Below, in pieces: positions 26,006 to 34,045 of a stretch of DNA of 50,821 bases (the stretch's first letter is position 1; every line of letters starts with the position of its first letter). This DNA comes from Candidatus Fermentithermobacillaceae bacterium. GTDB lineage: Bacteria > Bacillota > Sulfobacillia > Fermentithermobacillales > Fermentithermobacillaceae. The stretch covers positions 1-50,821 of the forward strand of contig DUSU01000099.1 in NCBI GenBank assembly GCA_012842425.1, read 5' to 3'. A program made the position numbers and the translations under genes. The notes beneath the pieces are model-generated. The model was not told where the DNA came from and made no database searches. It saw nothing but the letters and a program-made list of their open reading frames with translations.

Positions 26006-27823
26006 ATGAGAAGGATTTTGGCGGCTGATGTAGGGAGTACGACGACCAAAGTCACGCTCTTTGTGAAGGATACCGGGGGTTGGAAACTGGCCGGGAAGAT
26101 GGTTGCGCCTACCACGGTAGAGGCCCCCGACCTGGATGTCATGATAGGTCTGCGAAATGCCCTGGCCAAGCTCGAAAGGCGGACGGGGATCAAGCTCCTG
26201 GACGGGGCGAGGCTCCTGGTGCCCGGCTCGGGAGAGGACGGGGCCGACATTTTTGTGGCGACCTCGAGCGCCGGCGGCGGCCTTCAGATGATGGTGACGG
26301 GGCTAGTTGGGACCATGACGGCCGAATCGGCCCACCGGGCGGCTCTCGGAGCGGGCGCAGTGGTGTCTGACGTCGTTTCTTTGGACGACAACCGCACCCT
26401 CATCGAGCGACTGGAAGCCATCAAGGCCATGAGGCCCGACATGATACTGCTGACGGGCGGCACCGATGGCGGAAACGTAAGCGACGTGGCGGCCATCGCC
26501 GAGTACATCTCCATGGCCCGCCCTGAACCGAGGTTCGGCAAGGACTTCAAGATCCCGGTCATCTACGCGGGCAACGTGGATGCCAGGGACATGGTGGACG
26601 AAGTCTTGAGAGAAGCCAATGACGTCACGTACACGGACAACATAAGGCCTGAACTGGAGAGCGAGCGTCTGGGCCCGGCCCGAGAGGCGATCAGCCGGAT
26701 ATTCTTGGAACACGTGATGATGCGGGCCCCGGGTTACGGGACGCTCGTGAACTGGACGGACGGCGCCGTGAGGCCCACACCCGTCGCAGTGGGCGAAGCC
26801 CTCAAGTACGCAGCGGCGTATTTCGGGACGAACGTCCTCGGAGTAGATATTGGAGGCGCCACAACCGATGTATTCTCGGTAATAGAGGGCCGGCTCTACC
26901 GCACGGTGTCCGCCAACCTCGGGATGTCCTACAGCATGGCCAACGTCCTCGCCGAGGCGAAGCCGGATTCGATCCTCAGGTGGCTCCCGTGGGAGTTCGA
27001 CGAGAACATCGTCCGCAACTGGCAGTTCAACAAGATGGTGAGGCCTACGACGCTTCCTCAGACCCTCGAGGACCTCATGCTGGAGCAGGCCGTGGCCACC
27101 GAGGCTTTGCGCCTCTCCCTGGAACACCACAAATCTCTTGTGAGGGGTCTCAAGGGCGTCCACCAGAGACGCACTGTGAGCGACGTATTCTTCCAGACCG
27201 GCACAGGCGAGACCCTGGTGAAGATGATGGAGACCGGAGTCATCATAGGTTCCGGCGGAGCTCTTTCACATGCCCCAAGGTGGGGGCAAGCGGCTCTCAT
27301 CATGATAAACGCTTTCCGGCCCGAAGGAGTGACCGAACTTTGGGTTGACAACCGGTTCCTCCTCCCGCACCTGGGGGTACTGCTCGAGACGGCGAGGGAA
27401 AAAGCGGATGAGGCGATACGGGAGATCCTAACCCGCGAGACCCTCGTCCCCGTGGGTACTGTGATAGCCCCCGTCGGGCCCGCCGCGCGGGATGGAAGCG
27501 TCATAGCCGAAGTCAGGGCCGGAGGGGAATCTCAGTCCGTTACCGCGGGCGACATGAGCGCTCTCAGTGTCCCCGCCGGAGGGTGCGACGTGGAGGTTAT
27601 CCCGAAGAAGGAGTACGACGTCGGAAACGGTCCCGGGGCGGCAGTCCGGTTTGCGGTAAAGAAAGGCATGCCGCACCTTATCTTGGACGGCAGGCATAGA
27701 CCGCTGGACCTCCACAGCGACTCCCGCAGGCGGATTGAGAAGATCAAGAGATGGCACAGGGCCCTGTCGGCGTATCCGGACCAGGATGCGGCGGTAGAGA
27801 CTCTCGCTAAGGAGGTGAGCTGA
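26006..27823 (+). CDS. GlmL/MutL-family ASKHA ATPase, canonical paralog B
   Basis: 605 aa. ADVGSTTTKV, SSAGGGLQMMV, AESAHRAALGAGA, LLTGGTDGGN and VDIGGATTDVFS closely follow what I recall of clostridial GlmL (DFGSTYTKV ... SSAAGGL ... GGTDGGN). It carries a ~140-aa beta-rich C-terminal extension shared with paralog A. Confidence 0.85.
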   Translation: MRRILAADVGSTTTKVTLFVKDTGGWKLAGKMVAPTTVEAPDLDVMIGLRNALAKLERRTGIKLLDGARLLVPGSGEDGADIFVATSSAGGGLQMMVTGLVGTMTAESAHRAALGAGAVVSDVVSLDDNRTLIERLEAIKAMRPDMILLTGGTDGGNVSDVAAIAEYISMARPEPRFGKDFKIPVIYAGNVDARDMVDEVLREANDVTYTDNIRPELESERLGPAREAISRIFLEHVMMRAPGYGTLVNWTDGAVRPTPVAVGEALKYAAAYFGTNVLGVDIGGATTDVFSVIEGRLYRTVSANLGMSYSMANVLAEAKPDSILRWLPWEFDENIVRNWQFNKMVRPTTLPQTLEDLMLEQAVATEALRLSLEHHKSLVRGLKGVHQRRTVSDVFFQTGTGETLVKMMETGVIIGSGGALSHAPRWGQAALIMINAFRPEGVTELWVDNRFLLPHLGVLLETAREKADEAIREILTRETLVPVGTVIAPVGPAARDGSVIAEVRAGGESQSVTAGDMSALSVPAGGCDVEVIPKKEYDVGNGPGAAVRFAVKKGMPHLILDGRHRPLDLHSDSRRRIEKIKRWHRALSAYPDQDAAVETLAKEVS

Positions 27824-27824
27824 A

Positions 27825-29228
27825 ATGGCCTTTAGTTCCAACCTGAGGCTCCTACAGAAAGCCTTTCTAAAGAAGACCCGGAAACTCTCGGTGCCCGGCG
27901 AGGTTCTCGTTACCGAGGGACAGACGGTAAACCCCGGCGACATAATCGCCAAGACGGATCTCGTCCCCGGCGGGCCGCGGGTCATAGATATCACCGCTGA
28001 AGTAGGGAAGAAGCTCACACCCGAGGAGATCGACAAGCTCATCACCAAGAAGCCGGGCGACAAGGTCACGAAGCAAGAAGTGCTGGGGGTATACCGGCGG
28101 GGTTTCTGGGAATCCGGCAGGACCATCTATTCTCCCTGCGACGGTACCATAGAGTACATCTCAAAGACCCAGAGGCGGATTATCATCCGAGAAGACCCCC
28201 GCTCGGCTGCCCCGATGTCGGTCGTGGCGGTCGCCTCCAAACTGTCCATATGGCCTTGGACCATCAGGATGTACACCACGGCCAACGAAGGAGACGAGGT
28301 GTTTGCCGGGCAGGTCCTGGCGGCTGCCTCCAACATTGGCCAAATGGACTACGTCTACTCACCCATGACGGGTGTGGTTGAGAGGATATGCCCGAAGAGC
28401 GGCACCATCACTATTGTGCGGCCCGTAAGGCCGAGCCAGGTCAAGGCCCACCTGGGCGGTGTAGTCACGCAAGTGGTGCCCGAGTACGGGGCGGTAGTCG
28501 AAGCCACCGGCTCGTACCTTGAGGGGGTATTTGGAATCGGAGGAGAGCGGTTCGGTGAGATCGTGCTCGCGACAGACGGGCCGGACGGTGACCTCGACGA
28601 GGCGGGAGTGGATGTATCCTACAAGGGCAAGGTCCTCGTCGCCGGAAGGTTTGTGTCCCTGGAAGCCCTGAAGAAGGCGCGGATGATCGGGGTTTCCGGC
28701 ATCATCACCGGAGGCATCAACAACCTGGACTTGGTGCAGTTCCTGGGCAAGGAGATCATTGTCGGCATCACGGGCCAGGAAGATACGGACCTCACCATCA
28801 TAGTAATGGAAGGCTTCGGCCCTATGCCTATGAACGAGAAAGCCTGGAACCTCTTGGCCTCGAAGGCGGGCAAAGTCGCTTCGATAGACGGGACCACCCA
28901 CATAAGGGCCGGAGCGGTGAGGCCTCAGGTGCTCATAAGCGACGGGGTGCTGGAGCCGGATCCATCGACCGCACCCTGGCCTGAGGAGCAAGTATCCCGG
29001 GCCGACCGCCCGCTCATAACCAACCTTGCCGTTGGCGACAGGGTGAGGTGCGTGAGACGGCCGTACTTCGGGCTCTGGGGCGTCGTCCTGGACCTTCCTT
29101 CTGACCCTCTTCCGGTCGAGTCCGGTTCGCACATGGAAGTGGCGCTGGTGAGGCTCGACGACGGCAGGGAAGTCATGATTGCCGAAGCAAACTTGGAGGT
29201 CTTTAGAGAGATAGACACTCCTGCTTAG
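27825..29228 (+). CDS. Uncharacterised cytoplasmic protein B: two barrel-sandwich-hybrid-like segments, central alpha/beta domain, KOW/SH3-like C-terminus
   Basis: 467 aa. The ATG comes 1 nt after the upstream TGA (TGAaATG) and AAGGAGGTG lies 7 nt upstream. Motifs: VTEGQTVNPGDIIA, YSPCDGTIEYIS, a second GDEVFAGQVL...SPMTGVV segment, MEGFGPMPM, and a C-terminal VGDRVRCV...VALVRLDDGREVMI. Confidence 0.75.
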   Translation: MAFSSNLRLLQKAFLKKTRKLSVPGEVLVTEGQTVNPGDIIAKTDLVPGGPRVIDITAEVGKKLTPEEIDKLITKKPGDKVTKQEVLGVYRRGFWESGRTIYSPCDGTIEYISKTQRRIIIREDPRSAAPMSVVAVASKLSIWPWTIRMYTTANEGDEVFAGQVLAAASNIGQMDYVYSPMTGVVERICPKSGTITIVRPVRPSQVKAHLGGVVTQVVPEYGAVVEATGSYLEGVFGIGGERFGEIVLATDGPDGDLDEAGVDVSYKGKVLVAGRFVSLEALKKARMIGVSGIITGGINNLDLVQFLGKEIIVGITGQEDTDLTIIVMEGFGPMPMNEKAWNLLASKAGKVASIDGTTHIRAGAVRPQVLISDGVLEPDPSTAPWPEEQVSRADRPLITNLAVGDRVRCVRRPYFGLWGVVLDLPSDPLPVESGSHMEVALVRLDDGREVMIAEANLEVFREIDTPA

Positions 29229-29327
29229 GAGCGCCCGGAAGATCACACAGCGGTTAGAACAATGGACCGGTACCGCTCAGATCCAGAGGCGAGAGGTACC
29301 GGCCAGTTTGTCTCTTGGGCCCGGGCT

Positions 29328-29519
29328 CTAGATGCTGCTTTCAGGCATGATAACTGCTGCGACGAAGTAGAAGAGGACCCCGGGAAAAATGCCGGTGGCC
29401 ACGGTGAGGAAAGCGACGCCGAGCCTGACGATCGTTTCATCTACGTCGAAATACTCGGCGATGCCTCCGCATACGCCTGCGACCATCTTCTTTGTCCGCG
29501 AGCGGTAGAGCCTTTTCAT
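29328..29519 (-). CDS. PspC-domain small membrane protein
   Basis: MKRLYRSRTKKMVAGVCGGIAEYFDVDETIVRLGVAFL plus one TM helix. ATG 29519 follows GAGGAGG by 8 nt. The ORF track extends to a TTG at 29561. Confidence 0.8.
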   Translation of the reverse strand: MKRLYRSRTKKMVAGVCGGIAEYFDVDETIVRLGVAFLTVATGIFPGVLFYFVAAVIMPESSI

Positions 29520-29787
29520 TGACAGATCCTCCTCGGAATCTTCTTTCAAGGTAGACGCCAATACATCCTTATGATACGCAGAGCTATTCTTCCGGTAACA
29601 AGGTACCCCGGATCCCGTCGGATCTAAGCGGGGCTAGGGCGAAACATTAGCGGGACCCAGGCGGCAGCTCAAGGGGTTATGTCACGGGGAAATTGTTACA
29701 CAATTTATCTATTTTGTGATCCTTCTTGCCTCTGAAGAATTGTGGTGATAAGTTGAACCTAGAAGATTATTTGGCGAGGTGTAATCC

Positions 29788-30372
29788 ATGGCAGAGTCCC
29801 GCGAGAAGGTAAGTGTCCTCATAAGCCAAGCAGAACTTGAGAAGCGCGTCAAAGAACTGGCCGAGCAGATAAACCGGGATTACGAAGGCAGAGACTTGCT
29901 CCTTATCGGTGTCCTAAAGGGAAGCTTCATGTTCCTCGCCGATCTCATGAAGTACCTCCACCCCCAGACTGCCGTTGACTTCATGGGTACCTCAAGCTAC
30001 GGCGCCTCAACCCACACGTCCGGCGAAGTGAGGATAACTAAGGATTTGGAGCATAGCCCTGCCGGCCGCCATGTGCTTCTGGTCGAAGATATCGTTGATA
30101 CCGGGCTTACTCTCAGATATCTGGTGGACACCCTCCGGGCGCGCCAGCCTGCCAGCCTTAAGGTCTGCGCTCTACTGGACAAGCCGGCCAGGCGCAGGGT
30201 GAGGATCGGCCTTGACTACTACGGCTTCATAATCCCCAACGCGTTTGTGGTCGGATACGGCTTGGACTACCAGGAGAGGTACAGGGGCCTTCCTTATGTT
30301 GGAGTGCTTGAGGAGACAGGGGAAGCCGAAGGCGACTCCGGTTCTGACGATACCTCGACGAGCGAGGAGTGA
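29788..30372 (+). CDS. hpt: Hypoxanthine phosphoribosyltransferase
   Basis: 194 aa. LLIGVLKGSFMFLADL; PRPP loop VLLVEDIVDTGLTL; KVCALLDKP; GFIIPNAFVVGYGLDY. It has an unusual acidic ~20-aa C-terminal tail. Confidence 0.9.
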   Translation: MAESREKVSVLISQAELEKRVKELAEQINRDYEGRDLLLIGVLKGSFMFLADLMKYLHPQTAVDFMGTSSYGASTHTSGEVRITKDLEHSPAGRHVLLVEDIVDTGLTLRYLVDTLRARQPASLKVCALLDKPARRRVRIGLDYYGFIIPNAFVVGYGLDYQERYRGLPYVGVLEETGEAEGDSGSDDTSTSEE

Positions 30373-30908
30373 GTGTCTTGTCACCTGATGTTGGGGTAGT
30401 ACTCGGAAGCGCGTCTGACCTAGACAAAGTGAGGCCGGTCTTTGAAACGCTGGAGGAGTTCGGGATTTCCTACGACGTGGCCGTCGTGTCCGCCCATCGC
30501 ACGCCCGACCTGGTGGAGAAGTACGCCCGCAGCGTTTCCGATAGGGGAGTGAAGGTTGTGATCGCAGCCGCAGGGCTGGCGGCCGCCCTACCCGGAGCCC
30601 TTGCGGCGCTGGTGGACGTCCCTGTGGTTGGCTTGCCTCTCGGAGGCGGGCCTGTAATGGGGGTAGACGCGCTGCTTTCGGTTACCGACATGCCGCCGGG
30701 AGTCCCTGTTGCAGGGGTAGGCATCGACTCGGCCAAGAACGCGGCCCTCTTGGCCGCGAGGATACTGGCCGTTCACGATACCGGGCTCAGGACGAGACTC
30801 GAGGTCTTCCGCAAGAAGATGGCTTCCCAGACTCGGGAAAAGGCAGCCGTCATTAAGGAGAAAGGTCTTCCTGCCTGGCAGGCGCCGGATGCGGAGTGGA
30901 GCGGGTAG
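30369..30908 (+). CDS. purE: N5-carboxyaminoimidazole ribonucleotide mutase PurE
   Basis: VGVVLGSASDLD, VVSAHRTPD, IAAAGLAAALPG, PVVGLP. GTG 30369 overlaps the hpt stop. TTG 30378, 8 nt after GAGGAG, is an equally good start. Confidence 0.9.
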   Translation: MSVLSPDVGVVLGSASDLDKVRPVFETLEEFGISYDVAVVSAHRTPDLVEKYARSVSDRGVKVVIAAAGLAAALPGALAALVDVPVVGLPLGGGPVMGVDALLSVTDMPPGVPVAGVGIDSAKNAALLAARILAVHDTGLRTRLEVFRKKMASQTREKAAVIKEKGLPAWQAPDAEWSG

Positions 30909-31012
30909 GCAGTATGCCGCGTTCCTATAGGCCTTTAAAGCACTTAACTTTGGTTCCAAGGTAAGCCGGAGCCAAGATGATATTCTCGTTTCCGATTGGA
31001 GCTGAGTGGGGG

Positions 31013-32416
31013 ATGAGTGGCGAAATCCGTGAGGAATGCGGGGTGTTCGCGGTAGCGGGACACCCGCGGGCAGCTGAACTTTGTTATTACGGCCTGTATG
31101 CCCTGCAGCACCGGGGGCAGGAGTCGGCCGGGATTGCCTGGAGGCAAGGTGGCCGGCTAAGGGTTCATAAGGGGATGGGGCTTGTCTCAGACGTCTTCCC
31201 GCCTGAGAGAGTCGCTTCAATGAACGGCGATATGGCATTGGGTCACGTGCGGTACAGCACCACGGGTGAAAGCAGGATCGAGAACGCCCAGCCGCTCCTC
31301 GTGAAGATGTGGAGGGGGCAGTTCGCCCTGGCCCATAATGGGAACCTCACCAATGCCGCTCGCCTGAGGAGAGAATTGGAGCGCGAAGGTTCCATTTTCC
31401 AAACCACCTCCGACAGCGAGGTGATCCCCCATCTGGTTGCCAAGTCGGGCGATAGGGACCTGCTTGGCGCATATCGGTCGGCCTTTGAAAAGGTGCAAGG
31501 GGCTTATTCTCTCATTGCGCTCACGCCTCACGGACTTTTGGCCGCCAAGGACCCGAGAGGGTTCCGACCGCTCTGCCTCGGAGAACTGGACGGCGCGTAT
31601 GTCATCTCGTCGGAGACTTGCGGTCTTGACGCCATCGGAGCCGAGTTCATAAGGGAGATTGAGCCGGGCGAGATGATTCAGGTCTTGCTCCCTCCTGAAG
31701 GCGAGGCCGGCCGGCCTTCCGTCTGGTCGGTTGCCGGACCGAAGGGCGAAAAGCATGCTCTGTGCGTTTTCGAGTTTATCTACTTCGCGAGGCCGGATTC
31801 GGACATATATGACCTGAACGTCCACAGGGCCCGCAAGGAGCTCGGGCGCAGATTGGCCAGGAAGGGGCCCGTGGAGGCCGACCTGGTGACCGGGGTGCCC
31901 GACTCATCCCTTTCGGCAGCCTCCGGGTTTGCAGAGGAAGCCGGCATTCCTTACGAAACAGGGCTTGTGAAGAACCGTTACATCGGTCGTACATTCATAT
32001 CGCCGGAGCAGTCCCTCAGGGAGCTTGCCGTGAAGATCAAGCTGAACCCTCTGAGGAGCCTTCTGAAGGGCAAGAGGGTTGTCCTCGTGGATGACTCGAT
32101 TGTGAGGGGCACGACTTCCCGGTATATCGTGGGCCTCCTTAGGAGCGCGGGCGCGAAAGAGGTCCATGTGAGGATCAGCTCGCCGCCCTACAAATACCCC
32201 TGCTACTACGGCATAGACACGTCGTCCAAGGGCGAGCTGGCCGCTGCGTCGCAGACGGTCGAAGAGATTAGAGAGGCTATCGGGGCCGACAGCCTTGTGT
32301 TCTTGGATCTGGAAGACCTGCAAGATGTCCTGGGGACCGCAATTGACGGGTTCTGCTACTCCTGCTTCACCGGAGATTACCCGGTCCCCTTTGAAGGATG
32401 CCCAAAGGAGGACTAA
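31013..32416 (+). CDS. purF: Amidophosphoribosyltransferase PurF
   Basis: MSGEIREECGVFAV (short propeptide plus catalytic Cys), HRGQESAGIA, PRPP motif VVLVDDSIVRGTT, C-terminal Cys cluster CYSCFTGDYP. The ORF track starts at 30977, 12 codons upstream. Confidence 0.92.
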   Translation: MSGEIREECGVFAVAGHPRAAELCYYGLYALQHRGQESAGIAWRQGGRLRVHKGMGLVSDVFPPERVASMNGDMALGHVRYSTTGESRIENAQPLLVKMWRGQFALAHNGNLTNAARLRRELEREGSIFQTTSDSEVIPHLVAKSGDRDLLGAYRSAFEKVQGAYSLIALTPHGLLAAKDPRGFRPLCLGELDGAYVISSETCGLDAIGAEFIREIEPGEMIQVLLPPEGEAGRPSVWSVAGPKGEKHALCVFEFIYFARPDSDIYDLNVHRARKELGRRLARKGPVEADLVTGVPDSSLSAASGFAEEAGIPYETGLVKNRYIGRTFISPEQSLRELAVKIKLNPLRSLLKGKRVVLVDDSIVRGTTSRYIVGLLRSAGAKEVHVRISSPPYKYPCYYGIDTSSKGELAAASQTVEEIREAIGADSLVFLDLEDLQDVLGTAIDGFCYSCFTGDYPVPFEGCPKED

Positions 32417-32420
32417 CTGG

Positions 32421-33401
32421 ATGATCTATTCGAAGAAGCCGGGAGTGAACGTGGGGAGAATCGCCGAACTTGCCTCCCGGTCGTACGGAAAGGGAGTTAT
32501 CTCAGGGGTCGGTGGGTTCTCAGGCCTTTTTGACCCATCGGTCTTCGGGTTCAAAGATATGGTCCTGGCGGCGGGCGCCGATGGAGTCGGCACCAAAGTC
32601 AAGATCGCGCAGGCCCTGGATAAGCACGATACGGTTGGGATAGACCTGGTCGCCATGAACGCCGACGATGTGGTTACCTGCGGTGCCCAACCGCTTTTCT
32701 TCCTGGACTATATCGCCATCGGCAAGTCAAGGCCGGGCGTTGTCGAAGAGATCGTCAAAGGCATAGTTGAGGGTTGCGAGATGGCAGGATGTGCCCTCCT
32801 CGGAGGCGAAACGGCCACCATGCCCGCCATGTACGAGGAAGGAGAGTACGACCTTGCAGGTTTCTGCGTCGGTGGAGTTGAGCGGGGGAAGTTCATAGAC
32901 GGTTCAGGCATAGTGCCGGGCGACGTCGTCTTGGGCCTCGAATCTTCCGGGATCCACTCCAACGGCTATACGACCGCGCGCAGGGTCCTCCTTGATGAAG
33001 CCAAGATGCGCCTCGAGGACCATATCGCAGAGCTGGGCAGGACTCTCGGGGAAGAGCTCCTTGAGCCCACTCGGATATATGCAAAAGCCCTGGTGGATGC
33101 GATGAAGCGCGTAACGCTCAAGGGCATGGCCCACGTCACCGAGGGCGGAATCTTGGGCAACATCCGGAGGGTGCTTCCTCAGGGCACGGATTTCGCGAAG
33201 ACCGGCACCTGGCCGGTGCCCCCGATTTTCGATATCATCCGGAAGACCGGCAATCTCGATGATGCAGAGATGGACCGCGTGTTCAACATGGGTATCGGCA
33301 TGCTGGTTATCGTGAAACCGGAAGATGCCGGGGAGCTTACGGCGGTCCTTAAGGGGCACGGCGTACGCGCCCATCACATAGGAGAGGTAGTGACAGCATG
33401 A
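32421..33401 (+). CDS. purM: Phosphoribosylformylglycinamidine cyclo-ligase PurM
   Basis: GADGVGTKVKIA, DLVAMNADDV, GGETATMP. ATG 32421 follows AAGGAGGA by 8 nt and lies 4 nt after the purF stop. The ORF-track start at 32295 is inside purF. Confidence 0.92.
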   Translation: MIYSKKPGVNVGRIAELASRSYGKGVISGVGGFSGLFDPSVFGFKDMVLAAGADGVGTKVKIAQALDKHDTVGIDLVAMNADDVVTCGAQPLFFLDYIAIGKSRPGVVEEIVKGIVEGCEMAGCALLGGETATMPAMYEEGEYDLAGFCVGGVERGKFIDGSGIVPGDVVLGLESSGIHSNGYTTARRVLLDEAKMRLEDHIAELGRTLGEELLEPTRIYAKALVDAMKRVTLKGMAHVTEGGILGNIRRVLPQGTDFAKTGTWPVPPIFDIIRKTGNLDDAEMDRVFNMGIGMLVIVKPEDAGELTAVLKGHGVRAHHIGEVVTA

Positions 33402-34045
33402 GCGCCTCCAAACTGAAGCTGGGGGTCCTCGTGTCCGGACGTGGGACAAACCTCCAGGCCATACTGGACGGATGCGCCAGGGGGGAGATCCCGGCCGAAG
33501 TGGCCGTAGTCATCTCCAACAGGCCGGGCGTGCCCGCTCTGGAAAGGGCGCAAAAGGCGGGCGTGCCGGCTTTGACCATACCCCACGCGAGTTACGGAAA
33601 GTGGCCTGCGTGCCGGACCGCCTACGAGCGCGACCTGGTCCGAACGCTCACCGAGTGGGGAGTCCAGCTCGTTGTCTGCGCGGGGTACGACCGCTTGGCA
33701 GGAGAGACTCTCCTTGAGGCCTTCAGGGGACGTATCATTAACATCCATCCTTCTCTTTTGCCCTCTTTTCCGGGCCTCCACGCTCAGGCCGACGCCTTGT
33801 CTTACGGCGTGAAAGTGACCGGGGCAACCGTGTTTTTCGTAGATGAATCCCTCGACGGCGGTCCCATAATCACGCAGGAAGCTGTCCGCGTTGAGGAAGG
33901 GGATACGGTAGAGTCCCTTTCCGCAAGGATACTTGAGGTTGAGCACCGTATCCTGCCCCTGGCGATCACCTTGATCGCTCAGAGGAGAGCGGTCTTGGAG
34001 GGGCGAAGGGTAAGGATCCTCGATAGAACCGGAGGTGCATCGTAG
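33398..34045 (+). CDS. purN: Phosphoribosylglycinamide formyltransferase PurN
   Basis: VLVSGRGTNLQAILD, INIHPSLLPSFPG, GATVFFVDESLDGGPII. ATGA overlap with the purM stop. Confidence 0.92.
   Translation: MSASKLKLGVLVSGRGTNLQAILDGCARGEIPAEVAVVISNRPGVPALERAQKAGVPALTIPHASYGKWPACRTAYERDLVRTLTEWGVQLVVCAGYDRLAGETLLEAFRGRIINIHPSLLPSFPGLHAQADALSYGVKVTGATVFFVDESLDGGPIITQEAVRVEEGDTVESLSARILEVEHRILPLAITLIAQRRAVLEGRRVRILDRTGGAS

Noticed and set aside
26303-29246. Long minus-strand ORFs (26303-27163, 27428-28126, 28359-29246) opposite GlmL-like B and protein B
   Set aside because: These are antisense shadow ORFs. The + strand translations carry recognisable motifs and coupled start/stop codons, while the minus-strand ones are Arg/Pro/His-rich with no motifs.
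29640-29649. CGAAACATTA resembling a Bacillus PurBox (CGAACATTA-like) upstream of hpt-pur
   Set aside because: It is a single copy with an extra base relative to the consensus as I remember it, with no inverted partner at the expected spacing.
29656-29689. CCGCCTGGG and CGTGAC on the minus strand upstream of pspC, reminiscent of conserved ZTP (pfl) riboswitch segments
   Set aside because: The two segments are only ~16 nt apart, which leaves no room for the pfl sub-domains. The orientation would place the element before a pspC-domain gene rather than a purine/folate gene. I treat it as a chance match.
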